NCBI GenBank assembly: GCA_944391415.1
Contig: CALXTM010000006.1
Coordinates: 9,488-73,487, forward strand
DNA: 64,000 nt
Source of the DNA: an uncultured Alphaproteobacteria bacterium
GTDB taxonomy: Bacteria > Pseudomonadota > Alphaproteobacteria > RF32 > CAG-239
Direction of reading: 5' to 3'
Shown here: positions 36,754 to 44,787 of the stretch, piece after piece
Layout of the letters: each line of letters begins with the position of its first letter
Position numbering within the stretch: position 1 is the stretch's first letter
The notes under the pieces: model-generated
Databases searched by the model: none
What the model was told of the DNA's origin: nothing
Seen by the model: only the letters and a program-made list of their open reading frames with translations
Program-made: the position numbers and the translations under genes

Positions 36754-37753
36754 GTTTTTCTTGTTTGGCAATTTCTTGCATCCTGAATAGTTTGATGCGC
36801 TCTAACTGTTGCTTCTTGACATATTTGAGATAGCCCTCATAGCTGAACAAGACAATGGCCGAAAGCACCAATGGCAGCAGGTAGTAAATAATGCGGTAGG
36901 CAAGCAATGCCCCAAACAATAAGGCCTGATTGTGATCGCCTGGGATGATATACATAAACAACCCCTCAAAAACGCCAAGGCCACCAGGAACTTGGCTGAA
37001 CACACCCAAAACCTGGGCGATGATAAATACCCCCATAAAGGTTGAGAACGGGATGTCAACAAAGGAAATAAGCGAAAAATATAGCACCAGCGAGGCCATT
37101 AAAATATCAACCGCGCCGATTATTACCTGTGCCAAGGCCATTTTGAAATTTGGCATATCAAACTCAACTTCTTTGATGATAAGCGGTTTTTTATACCAAA
37201 TACTCAAAGCAAAATAGCCAATCAAACCAATTAGAGAAACAAATGCGACTATCTCGGTGGTGAGCTTGGAAACAGAGCCTGCGCCGAAGGCATGATTGGG
37301 GGTGATAAGATAGCCGATGATGATTAAGAAGAAACAAGCAACCAGATAGGTAAAGCCAGAAAAGGTTACCATGCGGACAATCTCGGTTCCCCTAAAACGC
37401 CAGCGGGTATACAGGCGATAGCGGATGGTGCCGCCCGAGACAATAGCATGGCCGGCATTGTTGCTGACCGAAAAACCAATGAAACCGGCAAAAATCCACT
37501 TCCAAGGTGCCAGCTTGCGTCCAATGTAGCGCAAAGCCAAGTAATCATATGATGACAGGGCTACATAGCCCATAAAAGAAGCCAAGCAGGCAAGATAGAA
37601 ATTCTTGGGAGGAATCGAAAACAGCGCATCCTTAATGTCGTCAAGGCTATATTTGGAAAGTTGGCGATAGAGCATATAAGCGGCAACGCCGAAAAAAAAC
37701 AGTCCGGCCCAAGAAATTATCTTTTTTAAGACACGTTTGGTGGAAAAAGCCAT
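36740..37753 (-). CDS. UPF0104/YbhN-type (lysylphosphatidylglycerol-synthase TM-region-like) membrane protein
   Basis: 337-aa polytopic ORF. The pattern SYDYLALRYIG...GFSVSNNAGHAIVSGGTIRYRLY is typical of this family. Confidence 0.65.
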   Translation of the reverse strand: MAFSTKRVLKKIISWAGLFFFGVAAYMLYRQLSKYSLDDIKDALFSIPPKNFYLACLASFMGYVALSSYDYLALRYIGRKLAPWKWIFAGFIGFSVSNNAGHAIVSGGTIRYRLYTRWRFRGTEIVRMVTFSGFTYLVACFFLIIIGYLITPNHAFGAGSVSKLTTEIVAFVSLIGLIGYFALSIWYKKPLIIKEVEFDMPNFKMALAQVIIGAVDILMASLVLYFSLISFVDIPFSTFMGVFIIAQVLGVFSQVPGGLGVFEGLFMYIIPGDHNQALLFGALLAYRIIYYLLPLVLSAIVLFSYEGYLKYVKKQQLERIKLFRMQEIAKQEKQKAE

Positions 37754-37887
37754 TTTGATATCCTTATTTAATTTTTTTAATCTGTATCAGTTATAATTTG
37801 CCAACCGGCAAACGTCAATATTTATATAATCTTTATTAGATGAGATAAAAGGAGAAATGGGTGATGGTAAAATATAAATTATGGTTT

Positions 37888-38354
37888 GTCTCCCATTACC
37901 ACAACCAAAAAAGCTCCTCATGTTGAGGAGCTTTTTGAATTGGAGCAGGTAACGGGAATCTTTTAGTTTGAGTTGTAACGCTTGCCGGTTGGCACTGACG
38001 TTTTCGGCGCGCTAACAACTCTGCACCGCAAAGGCCTCGCAGCCAAATCGTTGGCTGCTCCTCACTTTGCGCCCTCTCGGGTTCGTCTCCCATTACCACA
38101 ACCAAAAAAGCTCCTCATGTTGAGGAGCTTTTTGAATTGGAGCAGGTAACGGGAATCTTTTAGTTTGAGTTGTAACGCTTGCCGGTTGGCACTGACGTTT
38201 TCGGCGCGCTAACAACTCTGCACCGCAAAGGCCTCGCAGCCAAATCGTTGGCTGCTCCTCACTTTGCGCCCTCTCGGGTTCGTCTCCCATTACCACAACC
38301 AAAAAAGCTCCTCATGTTGAGGAGCTTTTTGAATTGGAGCAGGTAACGGGAATC
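37888..38354 (-). repeat. Perfect 197-bp tandem repeat, 2 full units plus a 73-bp partial third unit that forms the 3' part of tRNA-Gly
   Basis: 73-bp blocks at 37888-37960, 38085-38157 and 38282-38354 carry the tRNA-Gly T-loop to CCA, the terminator and about 20 bp more. They are separated by two identical 124-bp inserts. The two identical 69-aa ORFs in the track (37896..38105, 38093..38302) reflect this. Confidence 0.95.
38301..38330. terminator. Terminator downstream of tRNA-Gly (copies also at 37907-37936 and 38104-38133)
   Basis: aaaaaAGCTCCTCAtgtTGAGGAGCTtttt. Confidence 0.65.
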
Positions 38355-38408
38355 GAACCCGCATATTAAGCTTGGGAAGCTCACATTCTACCATTGAATT
38401 ATACCTGC
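38335..38408 (-). tRNA. tRNA-Gly (anticodon CCC)
   Basis: Reverse complement gives acceptor gcaggta/tacctgc, anticodon arm tgagc-ttCCCaa-gctta, T arm gcggg-ttcgatt-cccgt, discriminator T, encoded CCA. Confidence 0.9.
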
Positions 38409-38568
38409 AACGGAAGTGCTTATTCTTTAGCCTAAATAAAATTGTTTGGCAACTAATTTCTTTGCCTTTTTTAATAAAAAAAGCTTTTCTTAATAATTTA
38501 TTGATTATATTATGATAAGAAAAATCGAAATTGGCTGATATTAAATTTGTATTGGTATGAGGTAAGAT

Positions 38569-39183
38569 ATGATAAGTGAAATCAGAGACAGCTTGATCCC
38601 AATGGTGATTGAGCAGACGTCGCGCGGTGAGCGCTCCTATGATATTTTTTCAAGATTGTTAAAAGAGAGAATCATCTTTTTGACCGGAGAGGTTAATGAC
38701 GAGGTGTCGTCTTTGGTTTGTGCGCAACTATTGTTTTTGGAGGCCGAAGACCCCAAAAAAGATATTTTCCTTTATATCAATTCGCCCGGCGGTGTGGTTA
38801 CATCCGGTATGGCAATGTATGACACCATGCAATATATTTCTTGTGATGTAAATACACTTTGTATCGGGCAGGCTTGCTCGATGGGATCTCTGCTTTTGGC
38901 CGGTGGTGCCAAGGGCAAAAGATTTGCTTTGCCCAATGCCAGAATTATGATCCACCAACCGTCAGGAGGATTCAGAGGCCAGGCAACGGATATTGAAATT
39001 CATGCCAAAGAAATTTTGGATATGAAAAAAAGATTGAATCAAATCTATGCGCATCATACAGGTAAAAAGTTGGCAACAATTGAGGCAGCTATGGAACGCG
39101 ATAATTTTATGGATCCAAATGAGGCAAAAAAATTTGGTTTGATTGATCATGTTGTTACCTCCAGAGGCGAACTCATAAAATAA
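38569..39183 (+). CDS. clpP: ATP-dependent Clp protease proteolytic subunit
   Basis: 204 aa. Catalytic Ser ([11 protein letters not shown]), His ([10 protein letters not shown]) and the ERD region are present. Confidence 0.95.
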   Translation: MISEIRDSLIPMVIEQTSRGERSYDIFSRLLKERIIFLTGEVNDEVSSLVCAQLLFLEAEDPKKDIFLYINSPGGVVTSGMAMYDTMQYISCDVNTLCIGQACSMGSLLLAGGAKGKRFALPNARIMIHQPSGGFRGQATDIEIHAKEILDMKKRLNQIYAHHTGKKLATIEAAMERDNFMDPNEAKKFGLIDHVVTSRGELIK

Positions 39184-39194
39184 GGATTAAAAAT

Positions 39195-40436
39195 ATGGCT
39201 GATGAAAAATTACATTGTTCGTTTTGCGGCAAAAGCCAAGATGAAGTGAAAAAATTGGTGGCTGGTCGCGGAGTATATATTTGTGATGAATGTATTGAGG
39301 TTTGTATAAGTATCGTTTCCGATGAAATGAAGGAAATGGAAAAAAATGAAGACAGAATCCTGTTTGATGGTTTGCCATCGCCTTCAAAAATAAAAGAGTT
39401 TTTGGATCAATATGTTATCGGACAAGATTTGGCCAAAAAAGTTTTGGCAGTGGCTGTCTATAACCACTACAAACGTCTTAACTCCAAAAAGAGCAATAAT
39501 GATGTTGATATTACCAAATCAAATGTTATTTTAATCGGCTCAACCGGAAGCGGCAAAACTTTGTTGGCGCAGACGTTGGCCAAAATTTTGGATGTGCCGT
39601 TTGCCATTGCCGATGCCACTACTTTGACCGAGGCGGGGTATGTCGGCGAGGATGTCGAAAATATTATTTTGAAATTGGTGCAAAACGCCAATTATGATAT
39701 TGAAAAAGCGCAACGCGGCATCGTTTATATTGATGAAATTGATAAAATTACCCGCAAATCAGATAGTGCTTCAATTACCCGCGATGTGTCGGGTGAGGGA
39801 GTACAACAGGCTTTGCTTAAAATTATTGAAGGAACGGTTGCGAATGTTCCGCCACAAGGGGGAAGAAAGCATCCGCAACAAGAGTTTTTGCATGTTGATA
39901 CCACCAATATCTTGTTTATTTGCGGTGGGGCTTTTGCCGGATTGGAAAAAATCGTCAGCCGCAGAGGCAAAGAAACATCAATCGGTTTTGGGGCCAAAGT
40001 AGCACCGAAAGAAGAGCGTAATATCGGCGATATTATTAAAGATGTTCAGCCGGAGGATTTGCTTAAATACGGAATGATCCCTGAGTTTGTTGGAAGATTG
40101 CCGATTATTGCAACGCTTGATGATTTGGATGAGGCTGCTTTAATCAGAGTTTTGACCGAGCCAAAAAATGCTCTTGTTAAACAATATAAAGCCATGTTTG
40201 AAATGGAAGGTGTAAAACTAACCTTTACTGATGAAGCTTTGACGGCTGTTGCCAAAAAAGCCATCGAGCGCAAAACAGGTGCCAGAGGATTGCGTGCTAT
40301 TATGGAAGATGCGTTGCTGGAGTTGATGTATGAGGTGCCTGATAAACATGATCTGGAAGAAATAATTATTGATGAAAAGGTGATTAACGATAAAAAAGAA
40401 CCGAAATTCATCTATAAGAAAAAGAAAGCTAGTTAG
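39195..40436 (+). CDS. clpX: ATP-dependent Clp protease ATP-binding subunit ClpX
   Basis: N-terminal zinc finger [17 protein letters not shown]...ICDECI, Walker [16 protein letters not shown], Walker B VYIDEIDK. Confidence 0.97.
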   Translation: MADEKLHCSFCGKSQDEVKKLVAGRGVYICDECIEVCISIVSDEMKEMEKNEDRILFDGLPSPSKIKEFLDQYVIGQDLAKKVLAVAVYNHYKRLNSKKSNNDVDITKSNVILIGSTGSGKTLLAQTLAKILDVPFAIADATTLTEAGYVGEDVENIILKLVQNANYDIEKAQRGIVYIDEIDKITRKSDSASITRDVSGEGVQQALLKIIEGTVANVPPQGGRKHPQQEFLHVDTTNILFICGGAFAGLEKIVSRRGKETSIGFGAKVAPKEERNIGDIIKDVQPEDLLKYGMIPEFVGRLPIIATLDDLDEAALIRVLTEPKNALVKQYKAMFEMEGVKLTFTDEALTAVAKKAIERKTGARGLRAIMEDALLELMYEVPDKHDLEEIIIDEKVINDKKEPKFIYKKKKAS

Positions 40437-40439
40437 TAA

Positions 40440-40476
40440 AAAAAAAGAAGGCTTTGATCAAAGCCTTCTTTTTTTT
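40440..40476. terminator. Bidirectional terminator between clpX and the TPR lipoprotein gene
   Basis: aaaaaaaGAAGGCTTTGatCAAAGCCTTCtttttttt. Confidence 0.75.
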
Positions 40477-42280
40477 AGAGTTGACGAACATATCTGGCAA
40501 CCGGTTTGCGAATTTTCTTGATAGTTTGTTCTGCTTGTTCTTTGTCATAGTCGAGTTTTGGTTCGGATTTGATGCCGTTGATGATCTTTTCTTTGGTGGC
40601 ATCAATATCAAGCTCGCCGGAATCGTCTTTCATTTGAAGAGCATGGCGCCATTGAAATCTGGCTTCATTTTTGCGGTGAGCAAACCAATAAGCATCGCCT
40701 AAATGAGAACTGATAATGGCAGATGACGGATATAGTTCAACGGCTTTCTCAAGATATGGTAAAGACATTGTATAATAACCAAGATTGTAGAGGGCAAAGC
40801 CCAAACTGTCATTGATGCTTGGTTCAAACGGAGCTTGATTGTAAGCCTCGACAATCATATCAAAGGCCTGATTGATGTTTTTGTTTTGGCGAATCCAGGT
40901 ATAGCCCAAATGATTTAGGACCAGAAAATGTTTCTTGATGTTATAGGCTTTCATCAGGCTTTCTTCGGCTTCTTGCCATTTACCATATTTTTCCATGGAA
41001 ACGCCTTTGGCATAGTATAATACCCAAAGAGTAACGGGGTTTTTGGCTTTGGCAATGGCACGGTCATAGTATTCAACCGCCTCGGGAAAACGATTGTTTA
41101 AGCGCAGAATGTCTCCAAGCTCGATATAAATTTGGATGTCATCATAGTCTTCACCAAGGCTTTCAAGCAATATTTCGGCACCTTGAAGATCTCCTTGTTT
41201 GATGAGGTTGCGTGCTTTTTTGAGTTGAGCCGGATAATAGGCAATATCGTCCTTGTTGATGCTGTCATAAATTGCATCGGCATCATCAAACATTTCACGA
41301 GCTTCGAAAATGTCAGCCATTAAAATTTTGGCAGTGCTGTATTTGGGGTTCATATAAATGGCAAGTGCAGTGTACATGTGTGCAACATCAAGGGCCTCGT
41401 CATAACGAAAAGTGGAGGCAACGGTAAATAGAGCCTCAGCCGCGCCGGCTTGTACCGAATATAGTACCGGTTGAGTGGTTTTGGGGTCGGCTGCATTGAC
41501 GTCTTGGCGGAGATGCGATAGCAAAGAGTCAAGGGATTGGTTGTTGACGGTTGAGTTCATTAAAGCAACAGCAATGTCTTTTTGGTCGGTTCGGATATAA
41601 AAATTGGTGATTATTTCCAATAATCTGACCGAAATTTCGGCATTTTTATCTTGCAAAAGTTGGTCATATGCTTCGGCAGCCTCACGGTTGCGGCCAAAAT
41701 AATCAAGCAACATGGCGCGGTGTTGGCGATAGATTGTCCCAAGGCCTTCTTCTTTGTTAAGCAAGTTGAGGGTAGCAAAGGCTTTTTTCTGCTGATTGAG
41801 ACCGGCGTAGTTCCAGGCGTTGATTAGCGGTGTTATAAGAGCCTGGTACATGGGGTCATTAATTTGCTCCAGGGTTTTGATGGAAGACTCGTAGTTTTGG
41901 TTGTGCATGTCATTGATGGCAATGAGCATATAGGCAAAGCCATTGGTAGTTTTGAGCTCTACGGCTTTACGGGCATATTCTGCTGCCTCGTCTATGCGTC
42001 CTTTAGAGGCCAAAAGCAAATAAAGTTTGTCAAGAAGATCAATATTGCCAGGATCTTGGGAATAGGCAATTTTGTAGTAGTCGGCGGCATGGCCAAAGTC
42101 TTTGCGAATGTGGGCGACACGTCCGGCCAGGTAGGCTCCGTAGATATTGCCTTTGAGCGGCTCGGAAGATTGGGTTGCCGTGGGTAAAGCAACATCGGAA
42201 GAGTGATGAATTATCGGCGAACAAGAAATAAACAAAGCCGTAGAAAAAAGCAAAACCGAAATCAAACTTATTTTTATCAT
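40475..42280 (-). CDS. Large TPR-repeat lipoprotein
   Basis: 601 aa with lipobox ALFISC and multiple TPR-like repeats throughout. Confidence 0.65.
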   Translation of the reverse strand: MIKISLISVLLFSTALFISCSPIIHHSSDVALPTATQSSEPLKGNIYGAYLAGRVAHIRKDFGHAADYYKIAYSQDPGNIDLLDKLYLLLASKGRIDEAAEYARKAVELKTTNGFAYMLIAINDMHNQNYESSIKTLEQINDPMYQALITPLINAWNYAGLNQQKKAFATLNLLNKEEGLGTIYRQHRAMLLDYFGRNREAAEAYDQLLQDKNAEISVRLLEIITNFYIRTDQKDIAVALMNSTVNNQSLDSLLSHLRQDVNAADPKTTQPVLYSVQAGAAEALFTVASTFRYDEALDVAHMYTALAIYMNPKYSTAKILMADIFEAREMFDDADAIYDSINKDDIAYYPAQLKKARNLIKQGDLQGAEILLESLGEDYDDIQIYIELGDILRLNNRFPEAVEYYDRAIAKAKNPVTLWVLYYAKGVSMEKYGKWQEAEESLMKAYNIKKHFLVLNHLGYTWIRQNKNINQAFDMIVEAYNQAPFEPSINDSLGFALYNLGYYTMSLPYLEKAVELYPSSAIISSHLGDAYWFAHRKNEARFQWRHALQMKDDSGELDIDATKEKIINGIKSEPKLDYDKEQAEQTIKKIRKPVARYVRQL

Positions 42281-42426
42281 TGTATAACAAATCCTAAAAG
42301 CTTAGCCGCACTATATTATTACAACTTTTTTTTCATGATACAACAGCTTTATAAATATATAATTAAATTTGTGCAAATAAATGTTTGTTCTTGCGTCAAA
42401 GAGAGATTTATTTTAAATATGAAATT

Positions 42427-43203
42427 ATGAGCGAAAACAATGATAATATAATAAATTGGTTGGAATTTTATATTGCATCCGGGGTTGATGAAACTTTCGG
42501 CGATGTTCCGTTCGTGGCCGAAAGTAAACCTAAAGAAAAAGTTATTGAACAGCCAAAGGTTAGACCCGCTACATCGGAGTTGGCATTGTCGTCGGTTGAC
42601 GCGGTCAAAAGTGCCGATAATGTATGCCAAAATGTTACGACTATTGAGGAGCTGCAAAAGGTTGTCGAAAACTTTGAGGGCTGCTCATTGAAGTATAATG
42701 CCAAGCATACGGTTATCGGGGACGGAAATCCAAAAGCCAAAATTATGTTTATTGGTGAGGCACCGGGGGCCGAGGAGGATTTAATCGGCAAAGCATTTGT
42801 GGGCAGAAGCGGTCAACTCTTGAATAAAATGCTTGAAGCCATAGGGCTTGACAGAACAAAATGCTATATTTGCAATATATTGCCATGGCGTCCGCCAGGG
42901 AATCGCTCGCCGTCGGATGCGGAAATAGCAGTTTGTTTGCCATTTTTGAAAAAACAAATCGAAATAGTCAATCCAGACTATATTTTTATGTTGGGGGCGG
43001 TTGCGGTCAACTCGCTTATGGGCAATGCCGAGGGAATTTCCAAACTTCGCGGTAAGTGGATGGAATATCAAAACCCAAACGGAAAAATAATAAAAGTTTT
43101 GGCGGGATATCATCCGGCATATTTGTTGCGTACCCCAGCTCAAAAAGCTAAGGCATGGGCTGATTTTTTGCGCCTTAAAAAAGATATGGCGGAAAATAAT
43201 TAA
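42427..43203 (+). CDS. Uracil-DNA glycosylase, family 4
   Basis: GEAPGAEEDLIGKAFVGRSGQLLNKML and HPAYLLR motifs. ATG at 42427 is preferred over the TTG start of the track ORF at 42385. Confidence 0.85.
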   Translation: MSENNDNIINWLEFYIASGVDETFGDVPFVAESKPKEKVIEQPKVRPATSELALSSVDAVKSADNVCQNVTTIEELQKVVENFEGCSLKYNAKHTVIGDGNPKAKIMFIGEAPGAEEDLIGKAFVGRSGQLLNKMLEAIGLDRTKCYICNILPWRPPGNRSPSDAEIAVCLPFLKKQIEIVNPDYIFMLGAVAVNSLMGNAEGISKLRGKWMEYQNPNGKIIKVLAGYHPAYLLRTPAQKAKAWADFLRLKKDMAENN

Positions 43204-43286
43204 CAAAAATGGTATTTGTTTGAATATTTAGTAGTATTTTAGTAAATATCTTATATTATTAAATAAAATTTAGAGAGCGTCGCTAG

Positions 43287-44051
43287 ATGATAAAGGGAAT
43301 GAAAATGAACAAAAACATTAGAATTTTGATGCAAGTGGCTGGAATATCGGCTGCATTGATGAGCGGTGTGGCTTATGCCCAAGAAAGAGATGCCGATGAA
43401 ACAGAATCGATTGGCGAGGTGTTGTTTAAAATTCATGATGTAGTGCCGGAAAAAGATGCTGACGGAAAGGTATTGTATTGTAATATCGGAGCAACTTTCT
43501 TTAATCGCACCAAGTTGGATATGAATAATGTTGCACTGACCTTGAGCTGGACGGATGATGTCGTCGGAGAGGCAATCGATCAAGAAGAAAGAGCAGAGAA
43601 AGAATATAAGAGAACAGGATCAACCGAGCCACGCTCGCGCTATTCTACGGCAGGATTTACCAGTCGCAAAATTAATGCGCCTTTGAAATTGCCGCCGTTG
43701 AAAAGTATGCAACAGGTTTCGCTTAGAACAAAAGTTGACACCGACAGGTGTTTCTTGTTGTTAAATGATATGGATGTTGTGGTTAACAATTGCGGTACGG
43801 CTGCTTTGAACAACAGAGTATCTCAGCAGGGGTGCAATAACTTGTTTAGGTATATCAGTCCAAAGTCGGCAGAGTATTATGTCGAGTTTAAGGAAATTGA
43901 CCTTGAACAACAGCAGGCGATGGAAGATGCCGAGATTGATGTTATGCAAAAAGAGTTGAACGAGGCTTTTAATCAGACGGTTGCCGCAATTAAAAATATT
44001 ACCAACGAAAACGCAACGTTTGATACAACTCAAGATTCTGCCGCTGAATAA
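43287..44051 (+). CDS. Secreted Cys-containing protein, paralog 1 (unknown function)
   Basis: Signal peptide ...AGISAALMSGVAYAQ. Shares a four-Cys module with the next ORF. The start may be 43299 or 43305. Confidence 0.55.
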   Translation: MIKGMKMNKNIRILMQVAGISAALMSGVAYAQERDADETESIGEVLFKIHDVVPEKDADGKVLYCNIGATFFNRTKLDMNNVALTLSWTDDVVGEAIDQEERAEKEYKRTGSTEPRSRYSTAGFTSRKINAPLKLPPLKSMQQVSLRTKVDTDRCFLLLNDMDVVVNNCGTAALNNRVSQQGCNNLFRYISPKSAEYYVEFKEIDLEQQQAMEDAEIDVMQKELNEAFNQTVAAIKNITNENATFDTTQDSAAE

Positions 44052-44066
44052 TAAGGAGTGGTTAAA

Positions 44067-44783
44067 ATGATGCAGCCTAAAATAATGATATATTGGTTGG
44101 CGGCATCGGTTGTCATTGCCGCAACGGCAAGGGCTCAGATGTTTGCAACCGAAAAAACGGTTGAGAGCCGGTTGGCTGGGCAGAGTATGCCAGGAGATGT
44201 AAAATCGCCGGCGATTGTAGGTGCAAATAACGCCGAGACGACAGCAGAAACTCTTGATAATAAAAGTATTGATGAAAACAATAATCAGGAAAGCAGAACA
44301 AAATCGGCTTTGACTGATAAGGTTAAGGCAGAGGAAGAAGAGGATATCTTTATCCCTGAGGGCGAGCTATATAGACTGAACACTCCGACAGCAGATGGAT
44401 CGGTGCGCGGCGGGCAGGCATTTGTTGAGGTGGATGAGCAAGGCAGAATGAAAAAGGTTGATAATATCTTTCTGTTTTATGATCAGTTCCAAATATCAGG
44501 CTATACGGCAGAGACGGTGAGCTGCAATGTGAGATTTAATGTGTTGTCAAATTTGGACAGGAGTATCAATCAGTTGGATGTAAAATTGGTATGGCCTGAT
44601 ATTACCACGACATTGTCTTTTGCCGATGTGGCGCCTAATACGCAAACATATTATAACTATGCCTTACTCGGAAAGGGTTGTTACAGTATGGACAAAGCTC
44701 CGAACATTATTGTCAATCGTTGTCGGGTTAAGGGAATGACGGCGGCCGAATGTGCCAATAAAATTATATGGTTGTCAAAGTAA
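44067..44783 (+). CDS. Secreted Cys-containing protein, paralog 2 (unknown function)
   Basis: AAGGAG SD 8 nt upstream of the ATG at 44067 (the track uses GTG at 44058). Signal peptide IYWLAASVVIAATARAQ. Confidence 0.55.
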   Translation: MMQPKIMIYWLAASVVIAATARAQMFATEKTVESRLAGQSMPGDVKSPAIVGANNAETTAETLDNKSIDENNNQESRTKSALTDKVKAEEEEDIFIPEGELYRLNTPTADGSVRGGQAFVEVDEQGRMKKVDNIFLFYDQFQISGYTAETVSCNVRFNVLSNLDRSINQLDVKLVWPDITTTLSFADVAPNTQTYYNYALLGKGCYSMDKAPNIIVNRCRVKGMTAAECANKIIWLSK

Positions 44784-44787
44784 AAAA

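Noticed and set aside
37961-38084. A foreign tRNA 3' fragment (gaacccgagagggcgca) at the start of the tRNA-Gly insert
   Set aside because: The first nucleotides (g/a-aacc) are shared with the unique flank of the outermost copy. The apparent T-loop/acceptor resemblance therefore shrinks to a short GC-rich string, which is not enough to call.
37896-38302. Two identical 69-aa minus-strand ORFs (37896..38105 and 38093..38302)
   Set aside because: They are read-throughs of the 197-bp tandem repeat, including terminator hairpins and the tRNA-Gly 3' fragment. Their identity is a consequence of the DNA repeat, not evidence of a gene.
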